Part shown: positions 47,823 to 57,381 of the stretch, one piece after another
How the letters are laid out: each line of letters starts with the position of its first letter
Numbering within the stretch: the stretch's first letter is position 1
Virus record (IMG/VR): IMGVR_UViG_2721755721_000001
Length of the DNA: 64,000 nt
Strand: one strand, 5' to 3'
From: a virus
Lineage: Duplodnaviria > Heunggongvirae > Uroviricota > Caudoviricetes
Notes under the pieces: generated by a model
What the model was told of the DNA's origin: nothing
The model's input: the letters and a program-made list of their open reading frames with translations, nothing else
Database searches by the model: none
Program-made: the position numbers and the translations under genes

Positions 47823-48556
47823 CGGAACGGGAACTGTCCATTATTCGTGCACTGGGCGAAGAATTCGCCACGGTGCTGGCGGATTTACAGCACACATTTG
47901 AGGAGAAGATGGCCGCGCAGGCACAAGCGTTTGAAGAGAAACTGGCTTCCCTGTCGGCGGTATTACAGAAGCATGTGACGGTGGATGAGGTACATCCGGT
48001 TCTGCAGGCGATGGTGGATGACGCTGTGGGGGCCATTTCGGTACCGCGTGATGGTCGTGACTACGATCCCGATGTTCTGCGGAAGGCGGTTCTGGAGGCG
48101 GTGAATGCCCTTCCGGCTCCGCAGGACGGGCGTGATGCCACGGCACTGGAAGTGCTCCCCGCTATTGACGATCAAAAATCCTTTCCCCGGGGCACGTATG
48201 CCACACACCTGGGTGGACTCTGGCGGGCGTATGAAAAAACGCACGGGATGCGGGGATGGGAATGCCTGGTTGACGGGGTGGCGGATATCGACGTCAGCAT
48301 GACGGATGAGCGGTTGTTCTCTGTGGTGATCCGGCAGAGCAGTGGCCAGTGTACGGAAAAAACATTTTCCCTGCCGGTGATGCTCTACCGCGGTGTGTTC
48401 AGAGCCGGTGAAACCTACCACCCCGGCGATACGGTGACGTGGGGGGGCTCGCTGTGGCACTGCAACAGTATGACCGGTGATAAACCCGGAGAAGCTCATT
48501 CATCAGGCTGGACCCTGGCTGCAAAACGTGGACGGGATGCAGGAGGCGGAAAATGA
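47819..48556 (+). CDS. hypothetical head-associated protein
   Basis: 245-aa ORF coupled to portal gene. Confidence 0.4.
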   Translation: MTERELSIIRALGEEFATVLADLQHTFEEKMAAQAQAFEEKLASLSAVLQKHVTVDEVHPVLQAMVDDAVGAISVPRDGRDYDPDVLRKAVLEAVNALPAPQDGRDATALEVLPAIDDQKSFPRGTYATHLGGLWRAYEKTHGMRGWECLVDGVADIDVSMTDERLFSVVIRQSSGQCTEKTFSLPVMLYRGVFRAGETYHPGDTVTWGGSLWHCNSMTGDKPGEAHSSGWTLAAKRGRDAGGGK

Positions 48557-48879
48557 CGGCATTACTGACACTGGAAGAGATCAAGGCACATCTGCGTGTT
48601 GACCATGACGCGGATGATGACATGCTGATGGACAAGGTTCGTCAGGCTACCGCCGTGCTGCTGGCCTACATTCAGGGTAGCCGGGATAAAGTGATTCGTG
48701 AGGACGGTGAGCTGATCCCGGGCGAGGCATTAACCCGGATGAAGGGGGCTGCCATGCGACTGACCGGGATGCTGTACCGGAATCCGGATCTTGCTGAGCG
48801 GGAAGACCTCGTGCAGGGGGAACTGCCGTTTTCTGTGTCCGTGCTGATTTACGATTTGCGTTGTCCGACGGTGTTATGA
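48553..48879 (+). CDS. head-tail connector protein (gp6-like)
   Basis: MTALLTLEEIKAHLRVDHDADDDMLMDKVRQATA pattern typical of gp6-like connectors. Confidence 0.65.
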   Translation: MTALLTLEEIKAHLRVDHDADDDMLMDKVRQATAVLLAYIQGSRDKVIREDGELIPGEALTRMKGAAMRLTGMLYRNPDLAEREDLVQGELPFSVSVLIYDLRCPTVL

Positions 48880-48889
48880 GGAGGGAGGA

Positions 48890-49240
48890 ATGGCAATATC
48901 TGCAGGTCGTCTGACACAGATGATAAGTGTTCTGAAGCCGGTGTTAACCCGTAATGCTGCCGGAGAAATGACGGAAGAATGGGTGTCATGCGGGAAAATT
49001 CATGCGGATATCCGTGGCAGGAGCAGCCGGGAGCGGATGCAGTCCGGTGCGGAAATGGCGCAGGCGGAAATCCGCATCTGGGTGCGCGGTCAGTCCGGTC
49101 GGGAAATCACGGCAGCGTCACGACTTCATGTGCTGAGTGGTCCCTGGCGTGACCGGATCCTGAACGTTGTCGGGCTGCCCGTGCCGGATGCGACCGGTGG
49201 GCGTCTGGAAATTCTCTGTCGGCTGGGAGGGGAAAAATGA
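48890..49240 (+). CDS. head closure / head-tail adaptor protein
   Basis: 116-aa ORF in conserved position. Confidence 0.5.
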   Translation: MAISAGRLTQMISVLKPVLTRNAAGEMTEEWVSCGKIHADIRGRSSRERMQSGAEMAQAEIRIWVRGQSGREITAASRLHVLSGPWRDRILNVVGLPVPDATGGRLEILCRLGGEK

Positions 49241-49683
49241 TCGAAACCCTGCTGGATTTTTCGGGGCTGGAGGACATCAGCCGCGATTTGCAGCTTCTGA
49301 GTGGTGCAGAAAATAACCGGGTGCTGCGTGAGGCAACCCGTGCGGGTGCGAATGTGCTGAAAGAAGAAGTGGTGTCACGGGCACCGGTACGCAGGGGAAA
49401 ACTGCGCCGCAATGTGGTGGTCCTTTCCCGGCGCTCCCGCGATGGCGGGATGGAATCCGGTGTCCATATCCGTGGTGTTAATCCGGACACCGGTAACAGC
49501 GATAACACCATGAAGGCGGATAACCCGCGCAATGCTTTCTACTGGCGGTTTGTGGAAATGGGGACCGTGAATATGCCACCGCACCCGTTTGTGCGCCCGG
49601 CATTTGATGTGCGCAGTGAACAGGCAGCTCAGGTGGCGATTGCGCGGATGAACCGGGCCATTGATGAGGTACTGAGACGATGA
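49237..49683 (+). CDS. HK97 gp10-family tail component
   Basis: 148 aa; FYWRFVEMGTVNMPPHPFVRPAFD pattern. Confidence 0.55.
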   Translation: MIETLLDFSGLEDISRDLQLLSGAENNRVLREATRAGANVLKEEVVSRAPVRRGKLRRNVVVLSRRSRDGGMESGVHIRGVNPDTGNSDNTMKADNPRNAFYWRFVEMGTVNMPPHPFVRPAFDVRSEQAAQVAIARMNRAIDEVLRR

Positions 49684-50024
49684 CGGAGGCGGATTTGTAT
49701 CCTCATCTGGCACATCTTGCCGGCGGGCAGGTGTACCCGTATGTGGTCCCCCTGCTGGATGGCAGGCCGTCGGTGGCGCTTCCGTGGGTGGTTTTCAGCC
49801 TGATTTCATCGGTGTCTGCGGACGTGATGGGCGGGCAGGCGGAGTCCTCAGTGTCGGTGCAGATCGACGTTTATGCCGGGACTGTGACGCAGGCGCGTCA
49901 GATACGTCAGGACGCCCGTGAAGCCATAATGCTGCTGGCCCCGGGATCCGTCAGTGAAATGCAGGACTATATTCCGGAAAACCGCTGTTACCGTGCAACC
50001 CTGGAGTTTCAGGTCACGGTGTGA
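49680..50024 (+). CDS. tail completion protein
   Basis: 114-aa ORF immediately upstream of major tail gene. Confidence 0.45.
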   Translation: MTEADLYPHLAHLAGGQVYPYVVPLLDGRPSVALPWVVFSLISSVSADVMGGQAESSVSVQIDVYAGTVTQARQIRQDAREAIMLLAPGSVSEMQDYIPENRCYRATLEFQVTV

Positions 50025-50090
50025 CTTTTTCTTTTTTTCTACAAAACCCATACCCCGCCGCGAGCGGGTTTTTTATTATCAGGAGGCAGA

Positions 50091-50807
50091 ATGTCTGCTT
50101 TGTATGAACGCTCACAGCTGACGCAGGTGATGATTTCATCTGCCCCGGCGACTGCTGAAACCATGGATAAGGCGGAATATCTGCGCCTGGACTGCACCAT
50201 CAAGGAAGTCCAGTTCACCGCCGGTCAGAAACAGGATATTGATGTGACCACGCTCTGCTCCACAGAGCAGGAGAACATCAACGGTCTGGGGGCGTCGTCC
50301 GAGATTTCCATGTCGGGTAATTTTTATCTGAATCAGGCCCAGAACGCCCTGCGTGATGCCTATGACAATGACACGGTGTATGCGTTTAAGGTGCAGTTTC
50401 CGTCCGGTAAGGGCTTTAAGTTCCTGGCGGAAGTGCGTCAGCACACCTGGTCATCCGGTACCAACGGCGTGGTGGCTGCAACGTTCTCACTTCGCCTGAA
50501 GGGTAAACCGGTGTCCTATGTGGTACCGCTGGCGTTTGTGAAAAATCCGGAGAAGACACTTACCGTGAATACCGGTGCGCTGCTGACAATGTCAGTCAGT
50601 GTCAACGGGGGAACGCCGCCTTATAAACACGCCTGGAAGAAGGATGGTCAGCCGGTAGAGGGACAGACTACTGACACTTTCAGTAAAGCCAATGCGCAGT
50701 CAGGTGATAAGGGGGCTTATACCTGCGAGGTAACGGATTCTGCAGAACAGCCGCAGAGCATTACCTCTGATGCGTGTACAGTAACGGTTAATGGTGCGGG
50801 CGGATAA
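50091..50807 (+). CDS. major tail protein with C-terminal Ig-like domain
   Basis: 238 aa; C-terminal TLTVNTGALLTMSVSVNGGTPPYKHAWKKDGQPV...YTCEVTDS Ig-like segment. Confidence 0.7.
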   Translation: MSALYERSQLTQVMISSAPATAETMDKAEYLRLDCTIKEVQFTAGQKQDIDVTTLCSTEQENINGLGASSEISMSGNFYLNQAQNALRDAYDNDTVYAFKVQFPSGKGFKFLAEVRQHTWSSGTNGVVAATFSLRLKGKPVSYVVPLAFVKNPEKTLTVNTGALLTMSVSVNGGTPPYKHAWKKDGQPVEGQTTDTFSKANAQSGDKGAYTCEVTDSAEQPQSITSDACTVTVNGAGG

Positions 50808-50812
50808 GGCTT

Positions 50813-51187
50813 ATGGCAAAAGATCTGAAAACACTGGCGCTGGCCAGACTGTCGGGGTTCCGTCATAAAACGGTGAAGGTGCCGGAATGGGGAAATGTCA
50901 GCGTGGTGCTGCGGGAGCCTTCGGCAGAGGCCTGGTATCTGTGGCAGGAAGTGCTCAATGGTGATGGAGAGGATGACGATACCCTGTCGGTGGTGGCGAA
51001 AACCCGCCGTAACCTGGAAGCGGATGTGACGCTGTTCTGCGATGTCCTGTGTGATACGGACCTGCAACGGGTGTTCACTCCGGACGACCGTGAGCAGGTG
51101 CTGGCCGTCTATGGTCCGGTACATGCCCGGTTGCTGCGTCAGGCACTGGAACTGATCGCTGATGCAGAGTCGGCCAGAAAAAAGTAG
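50813..51187 (+). CDS. G: tail assembly chaperone G
   Basis: 124-aa ORF ending at slippery site AAAAAAG. Confidence 0.75.
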   Translation: MAKDLKTLALARLSGFRHKTVKVPEWGNVSVVLREPSAEAWYLWQEVLNGDGEDDDTLSVVAKTRRNLEADVTLFCDVLCDTDLQRVFTPDDREQVLAVYGPVHARLLRQALELIADAESARKK

Positions 51188-51492
51188 CCCGCCCGGAAAT
51201 TCGCTTTCTGATGCGACTTGCGCTCCGTCTGGGGCGCACCTTATCCGAACTGCGGCACAGCCTGAGTGCGAGCGAGGCGATGATGTGGATGGAGTTCGAC
51301 AGGGTATCCCCGCTGGGTGATGAGCGCGGGGATATCCGTAATGCACAGATCGTGAAAGCGGTTTTCGGGGCACAGGGGATGAATGTTGCACTGAAGGACG
51401 CCATGCTCTGCTGGGGCGAGGATGAGGATAAGCCGGAGGTGGATCCGTTTGCGGCGCTGGAAGACGCGCTGAGCTTTGCAGCACAGTCATGA
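50813..51492 (+). CDS. GT: tail assembly chaperone GT (frameshift fusion product)
   Basis: G frame joined to 51188-51492 by -1 shift at 51178-51184, as in lambda G/GT. Confidence 0.65.
51178..51184 (+). promoter_or_regulatory. programmed -1 ribosomal frameshift slippery heptamer A-AAA-AAG (G/GT)
   Basis: heptamer at the 3' end of G; -1 frame continues into ORF 51211-51492. Confidence 0.7.
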
Positions 51493-51539
51493 ATGATGAG
51501 AACCGCTGAGGCGGTTTTTTTACGCCCGGAGAAAGGTGA

Positions 51540-54500
51540 ATGGCGACGTTACGTGAACTGATTATCAAAATTTCGGCAAATTCACAGTCATTCCAGTCGG
51601 AGATCCAGCGGGCTTCCCGTATGGGCAGTGAATATTACCGGACCCTGCAGAATGGCGGGCGTCAGGCCGCTGCGGCAGCCCGGGAGCAGCGACGTGCCCT
51701 GGCAGAACTGAACAGCCAGTTGACGGAAATCCGCGCTTCGGCTGTCGGAATGGCTGGCGCATTTGCCGGTGCCTTTGCCACCGGACACCTGATTTCACTG
51801 GCTGATGAGTGGAGTTCCGTGAATGCCCGTCTGAAACAGGCATCACAGTCATCCGATGAATTTTCGTCATCACAGAAAGTGCTGATGGATATCAGTCAGC
51901 GGACAGGTACCGCTTTTTCGGATAATGCGGCCCTGTTTGCCCGTTCGGCTGCCTCGATGCGTGAATATGGTTACAGTGCCGGTGATGTACTGAAGGTGAC
52001 GGAGGCCATTTCCACGGGGCTGAAAATCTCCGGTGCCAGTACGGCTGAGGCGGGTTCGGTGATCACCCAGTTCAGCCAGGCGCTGGCACAGGGTGTGTTG
52101 CGCGGTGAGGAATTTAATTCGGTCAATGAAAGTGGTGACCGGATCATTCGTGCACTGGCTGCAGGCATGGGCGTGGCCCGTAAAGATCTGAAGGCGATGG
52201 CGGACGATGGTCAACTGACGGCGGATAAAGTCGTGCCCGCGTTAATCAGCCAGCTGGGGACATTGCGTGATGAATATGCCGCCATGCCAGAAACGGTCTC
52301 TGACGGGATCACAAAGGTGGAAAACGCCTTTATGGCCTGGGTGGGCGGTGCGAATGAGGCCAGCGGAGCGACGAAAACGCTCTCCGGCGTGCTGAACGGT
52401 GTTGCCGGTAATATTGATAATGTGGCAACAGCCGCGGGGGCGCTGGTTGCCGTCGGGGTTGCCCGGTACTTTGGCAATATGGCCTCCGGAGCGATGTCTG
52501 CCACGGCAGGACTTGTGACGGCTGCACGTAATGAAGTTGCACTGGCGGAAGCACAGTTCAGGGGAACGCAGATTGCCACGGCGCGGGCAAGGGCAGCCGT
52601 GTACCGTGCTCAGCAGGCCGTGGCGGCAGCCCGCGGGACGGAGATGCAGATTGCTGCAGAGGCCCGTCTGGTGGCCACACAGGAACGCCTGAACAGAAAT
52701 ATTGCTGCCAGAAGCGCCGCCCAGAATGCGCTGAACAGTACAACGGCGGTGGGCTCACGTCTGATGAGCGGTGCGCTGGGGCTGGTTGGTGGCGTACCCG
52801 GACTGGTGATGCTGGGGGCTGCAGCATGGTACACGCTGTACCAGAATCAGGAGCAGGCCAGGGAGTCTGCGCGCCAGTATGCACTGACGATAGATGAAAT
52901 CGCGCATAAAACGCCGTCAATGTCTTTGCCTGAAGCCTCAGATAATGAAGGACGAACACGGGCGGCTCTGGCAGAGCAGAACCGGCTGATTGATGAACAG
53001 GCCAGCCGGGTGAAATCCCTGCAGGAAAAAATCGCTGGATATCAGTATGTTCTGGCTAACCCTGGCTGGACAACCGGTGACGGATTCATGATAAACCATC
53101 TGACCTCGGTGAAGACCGTAACGGAAGGGCTTTCTCAGGCAACAGAGCAGCTTGCCGTTGAGCAGTCCCGTCTGGCACAGATGCAGGAAAAAGCGCAGTC
53201 CATTCAGGATGTGCTTGCCGGGCTGGAAGACCGTCGTGTGGCGTTAATTCGTCAGCAGGCGGCAGAGCAGAATAAGGTGTACCAGTCCATGCTGGTTATG
53301 AACGGTCAGTATACGGAATTCAACCGTCTGCTGGGGCTGGGGAATGAACTGCTTCAGCAGCGGCAGGGACTGGTGAATGTGCCGTTACGGCTGCCACAGG
53401 CCACTCTGGATGATAAACAGCAGAGTGCCCTGACAAAAACAGAGCGTGAGCTGGCCCTGTCCAGACTGAAAGGGGAAGAAAAAGAGCGCGTCCGGCTGGG
53501 GTATGCGGCGGATGACCTCGGTTTTGTGGGTGAACCGTATCAGGAGGCGAGACAACGTTATATCAGTAATGCCCTGGAAGCCTGGCGCAATAACGAGGCG
53601 AATAAACCCAAATCCCGGGGTGGAAAATCAGAGACGGAAAAAGCGGAAGACAGTTTTTCCCGGCTGCTGAAGCAGCAGAAAGAGCAACTGGCACTTGCGG
53701 GGCAGAATACAGAGCTGGCGAAGCTGAAATACCAGACTGCGCAGGGCGAACTGAAAACCCTGACGGAGATGCAGAAGCAGGAACTGCTGCGCAATGCGGC
53801 CCTGATTGACCAGCAAAAAATCCGGGAACAGTTGCGGTCCCGGGAAGAGACCCTGAAGAATGATAATGTGGCTGCGCGTGCATCAAATGAAGCGGAACTG
53901 CTGGGGTACGGGCAGGGAGAGCGGCTCCGTGAACGCATGCGGGAGTTGCAGCAGATCCGCGACAGTTTCCGCCAGAAGGATGCGGACCTTCAGTCTCAGT
54001 ATCAGACCGGGGATATCAGTGAGGATTTTTACAGACAGGCGCTGGCACAGAACGCGCAGTATCTGAGTGAACGTCTGAAAGAGCAGGAAGCCTTTTATGC
54101 CGAATCGGATGTGCAGCGTGCGGACTGGCAGAAAGGGCTGCAGGAGGGATTCAGTAACTGGGTGGATAATGCGTCCGATTACGCCTCACAGGCAGCACAG
54201 CTTGCGACGGAGGGTATCTCAGGGATGGTGAATAACATCACGGAGATGCTGAACGGAAATAAAGTGGAATGGCGCAGCTGGGCCTCATCAGTGCTGCAGG
54301 AAATATCAAAAGTTCTTATGAATGCCGCGATTGTCAACGGAATTAAGACGGCGGCAAACGGTATGTCCGGTGCGGGAGGATTTCTCGGCAGCATTGGTGA
54401 CTGGCTGGGCGGGGCGGTGGCCAATGCAAAAGGCGGCGTGTATACCTCGGCAAACCTGAGTGCGTACAGCAACAGTATTGTGGATACGCCCACGTACTTT

Positions 54501-54782
54501 GCCTTTGCAAAAGGGGCGGGACTGATGGGGGAGGCCGGACCTGAAGCCATTATGCCTCTGACGCGGGCGGCGGATGGCTCGCTGGGTGTGCGAGCGGTGG
54601 GCAGTATGTACGGCAGTGCGGGTCTGGTGTATTCCCCGGTCTACCATATCGCCATTCAGAATGACGGGACTAATGGCCAGATAGGGCCGGAGGCGGCAGG
54701 CAGCCTTGTGCAACTGATTGACCAGCGGGTGCAGGCGGTGATGCTGTCCATGCGACGTGACGGAGGAATGCTGAGTGGCTGA
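51540..54782 (+). CDS. H: tail tape measure protein
   Basis: 1080 aa, helix-rich with repeats, position after G/GT. Confidence 0.85.
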   Translation: MATLRELIIKISANSQSFQSEIQRASRMGSEYYRTLQNGGRQAAAAAREQRRALAELNSQLTEIRASAVGMAGAFAGAFATGHLISLADEWSSVNARLKQASQSSDEFSSSQKVLMDISQRTGTAFSDNAALFARSAASMREYGYSAGDVLKVTEAISTGLKISGASTAEAGSVITQFSQALAQGVLRGEEFNSVNESGDRIIRALAAGMGVARKDLKAMADDGQLTADKVVPALISQLGTLRDEYAAMPETVSDGITKVENAFMAWVGGANEASGATKTLSGVLNGVAGNIDNVATAAGALVAVGVARYFGNMASGAMSATAGLVTAARNEVALAEAQFRGTQIATARARAAVYRAQQAVAAARGTEMQIAAEARLVATQERLNRNIAARSAAQNALNSTTAVGSRLMSGALGLVGGVPGLVMLGAAAWYTLYQNQEQARESARQYALTIDEIAHKTPSMSLPEASDNEGRTRAALAEQNRLIDEQASRVKSLQEKIAGYQYVLANPGWTTGDGFMINHLTSVKTVTEGLSQATEQLAVEQSRLAQMQEKAQSIQDVLAGLEDRRVALIRQQAAEQNKVYQSMLVMNGQYTEFNRLLGLGNELLQQRQGLVNVPLRLPQATLDDKQQSALTKTERELALSRLKGEEKERVRLGYAADDLGFVGEPYQEARQRYISNALEAWRNNEANKPKSRGGKSETEKAEDSFSRLLKQQKEQLALAGQNTELAKLKYQTAQGELKTLTEMQKQELLRNAALIDQQKIREQLRSREETLKNDNVAARASNEAELLGYGQGERLRERMRELQQIRDSFRQKDADLQSQYQTGDISEDFYRQALAQNAQYLSERLKEQEAFYAESDVQRADWQKGLQEGFSNWVDNASDYASQAAQLATEGISGMVNNITEMLNGNKVEWRSWASSVLQEISKVLMNAAIVNGIKTAANGMSGAGGFLGSIGDWLGGAVANAKGGVYTSANLSAYSNSIVDTPTYFAFAKGAGLMGEAGPEAIMPLTRAADGSLGVRAVGSMYGSAGLVYSPVYHIAIQNDGTNGQIGPEAAGSLVQLIDQRVQAVMLSMRRDGGMLSG

Positions 54783-55116
54783 GATAAAAACGCTGCATCT
54801 GGTCCCGCGTGAAGGGATGCAGGTGAGTGAGAAGCCGTCGGTGGTGAGGGTGCGGTTTGGTGACGGTTATGAACAGCGCCGCCCCACAGGGCTGAATCCT
54901 CAACTGAAGACGTTTCAGGCGGTGTTCCGGGTGACGGATGAGTCAACCCGGCGCTGGCTGGAAGAGTTTTTATCGTGGCATGGTGGTTACCGTGCCTTTT
55001 TGTGGCGACCGCCGAAACATAACCGGACGGTGAGGGTTGTGTGCCGTGAGTGGAGTGTCACGGATAATGCCCGGTACAGTGATTTCAGTTGCACGATAGA
55101 GCAGGTGGTGAACTGA
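54775..55116 (+). CDS. M: minor tail protein M
   Basis: 113 aa; VRFGDGYEQRRPTGLN...FLW...EQVVN resembles lambda M. Confidence 0.85.
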   Translation: MAEIKTLHLVPREGMQVSEKPSVVRVRFGDGYEQRRPTGLNPQLKTFQAVFRVTDESTRRWLEEFLSWHGGYRAFLWRPPKHNRTVRVVCREWSVTDNARYSDFSCTIEQVVN

Positions 55117-55814
55117 TGCAGGATATTCACGAAGAAAGCCTGAACGAGTCGGTTAAATCAGAGCAGTCACCGCGGGTGGTACTCTGGGAAATCGACCTGA
55201 CGGTACAGGGCGGTGAGCGGTATTTTTTCTGCAATGAGCTGAATGAAAAAGGGGAGCCGGTGACCTGGCAGGGGCGGAAGTACCAGGCATACCCGATTGA
55301 CGGCAGTGGCTTTGAGATGAACGGGAAGGGCAGCAGTGCCCGCCCGTCGCTGACGGTGTCGAATCTGTTTGGTCTGGTCACCGGGATGGCGGAGGACCTG
55401 CAGAGCCTGGTGGGGGCCACGGTGGTCCGCCGCCGGGTGTATGCCCGTTTTCTGGATGCGGTGAATTTTGTGGCAGGCAATCCGGAAGCGGACCCGGAGC
55501 AGGAGCTGAGCGACCGCTGGGTGGTGGAGCAGATGTCATCGCTGACGGCCATGACGGCCTCGTTTGTGCTGGCGACACCGACGGAGACGGACGGGGCGCT
55601 GTTTCCCGGTCGCATCATGCTGGCGAATACCTGTATGTGGACCTACCGCTCTGATGAGTGTGGTTACACGGGCGGGGCTGTGGCGGATGGGTTCGATAAA
55701 CCCACCACCGATATCCGTAAGGACAGATGCAGCAAGTGCATGCGCGGGTGTGAGATGCGCGGCATGGTGGCTAATTTTGGCGGTTTCCTTTCCATTAATA
55801 AACTTTCGCAGTAA
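55116..55814 (+). CDS. L: minor tail protein L
   Basis: starts MQDIHEESLN; high similarity to lambda L (FVLATPTETDGALFPGRIMLANTCMWTYR). Confidence 0.85.
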   Translation: MQDIHEESLNESVKSEQSPRVVLWEIDLTVQGGERYFFCNELNEKGEPVTWQGRKYQAYPIDGSGFEMNGKGSSARPSLTVSNLFGLVTGMAEDLQSLVGATVVRRRVYARFLDAVNFVAGNPEADPEQELSDRWVVEQMSSLTAMTASFVLATPTETDGALFPGRIMLANTCMWTYRSDECGYTGGAVADGFDKPTTDIRKDRCSKCMRGCEMRGMVANFGGFLSINKLSQ

Positions 55815-55824
55815 ATCCCGGTTT

Positions 55825-56568
55825 ATGACACAGACTGAATCAGCGATTCTGGCGCATGCCCGGCGGTGTGCGCCTGCGGAGTCGTGCGGCTTCGTGATAA
55901 GCACGCCGGAGGGGGAGCGGTATATCCCTTGTGTGAATATTTCCGCAGAGCCGGAGGCGTATTTTCGTATCGCACCGGAAGACTGGCTGCGGGCAGAGAT
56001 GCAGGGGGAGATTGTGGCACTGGTCCACAGTCATCCCGGTGGGCTGCCCTGGCTGAGCGAGGCTGACCGGCGGCTGCAGATAAAAAGTGCACTGTCCTGG
56101 TGGCTGGTCTGCCGGGGGGAAATTCACAAATTCCGCTGCGTGCCGCACCTGACCGGGCGTCGTTTTGAGCACGGGGTGACGGACTGTTACACCCTGTTCC
56201 GGGATGCCTACCATCTGGCGGGGATAACGCTGCCGGATTTTGTGCGTGAGGATGACTGGTGGCGCAACGGTCAGAACCTTTACCTGGACAATATGGCGGT
56301 CACCGGCTTTTACCGGGTGCCCCTGTCCTCTGCACAGGCGGGCGATATCCTGCTGTGCTGCTTTGGCGCATCGGTGGCCAATCATGCCGCCATTTACTGC
56401 GGCAACGGTGAACTGCTTCACCATCTGCCTGAACAACTGAGTAAACGGGAGAGGTATTCCGAAAAATGGCAACGACGAACGCATTCTGTCTGGCGTCACC
56501 GCCACTGGCACGCATCTGCCTTCACGGGGATTTACAACGATTTGGCCGCCGCCTCAGCCTGTACGTGA
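55825..56568 (+). CDS. K: tail assembly protein K (JAB/MPN plus NlpC/P60-like)
   Basis: starts MTQTESAILAHARRCAPAESCGF; HSHPGG motif; near-identical to lambda K as recalled. Confidence 0.85.
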   Translation: MTQTESAILAHARRCAPAESCGFVISTPEGERYIPCVNISAEPEAYFRIAPEDWLRAEMQGEIVALVHSHPGGLPWLSEADRRLQIKSALSWWLVCRGEIHKFRCVPHLTGRRFEHGVTDCYTLFRDAYHLAGITLPDFVREDDWWRNGQNLYLDNMAVTGFYRVPLSSAQAGDILLCCFGASVANHAAIYCGNGELLHHLPEQLSKRERYSEKWQRRTHSVWRHRHWHASAFTGIYNDLAAASACT

Positions 56569-57146
56569 ACACGGCAGCGGAAGCCATCCGGGCGCTGTCG
56601 TTACAGGTGCCGGGATTCCGCCGTCAGATGAACGAAGGCTGGTACCAGATACGTATTCGCGGTGAGGACACGGCACCGGAGGCGGTGTACGCCCGTCTTC
56701 ACGAACCTCTGGGTGAGGGGGCGGTCATCCATATTGTGCCGCGACTGGCCGGAGCCGGAAAGGGCGGACTGCGGATTGTGCTGGGGGCGGCAGCCATCGT
56801 GGGCTCTTTCTTCACTGCCGGAGGCTCGATGGCGTTATGGGGTACAGCCCTGAGTGCCGGTGGTTTTTCTGCCACCACGATGCTGTTTTCACTGGGTGCC
56901 AGCATGATTCTGGGTGGTGTGGCCCAGATGCTGGCACCGAAGGCAAAAACACCGGATTACCGCGCAACGGATAACGGTAAACAGAACACGTATTTTTCGT
57001 CACTGGACAATATGATTGCCCAGGGTAACCCGATGCCGGTGCCTTACGGGGAAATGCTGGTTGGTTCACGACGGATATCCCAGGACATCAGCACCCGTGA
57101 TGAAGGCGGGGGCGGAAAGGTCGTGGTTATCGGGCGGCAGGGGTAA
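56466..57146 (+). CDS. I: tail assembly protein I
   Basis: 226 aa; ARICLHGDLQRFGRR...NGKQNTYFSSLDNM resembles lambda I. Confidence 0.8.
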   Translation: MATTNAFCLASPPLARICLHGDLQRFGRRLSLYVNTAAEAIRALSLQVPGFRRQMNEGWYQIRIRGEDTAPEAVYARLHEPLGEGAVIHIVPRLAGAGKGGLRIVLGAAAIVGSFFTAGGSMALWGTALSAGGFSATTMLFSLGASMILGGVAQMLAPKAKTPDYRATDNGKQNTYFSSLDNMIAQGNPMPVPYGEMLVGSRRISQDISTRDEGGGGKVVVIGRQG

Positions 57147-57381
57147 AAAGAATAAAAAAATCCCGCAGAGTTGCGGAACTGAGGGAGCGTTACGAAGATT
57201 AAGTGTAAGGAATTATTCTTATGTCACGACAAAAAACATTAACGCAGAGAAATTATTAGCACCACAGTCAGTTTGTAAAAATGTGAAGATATTCAGAAGT
57301 TTTATTCAGTGATGATACAGGCATCCTCAGGGATGCCTGTTGTTTTTGTGCGTAACAGTTATCACAGTAAAGGGTGAGACA

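Noticed and set aside
52211-54550. Multiple minus-strand and alternate-frame ORFs inside the tape-measure gene
   Set aside because: All lie within the long tape-measure coding region, have biased low-complexity composition and lack independent start contexts
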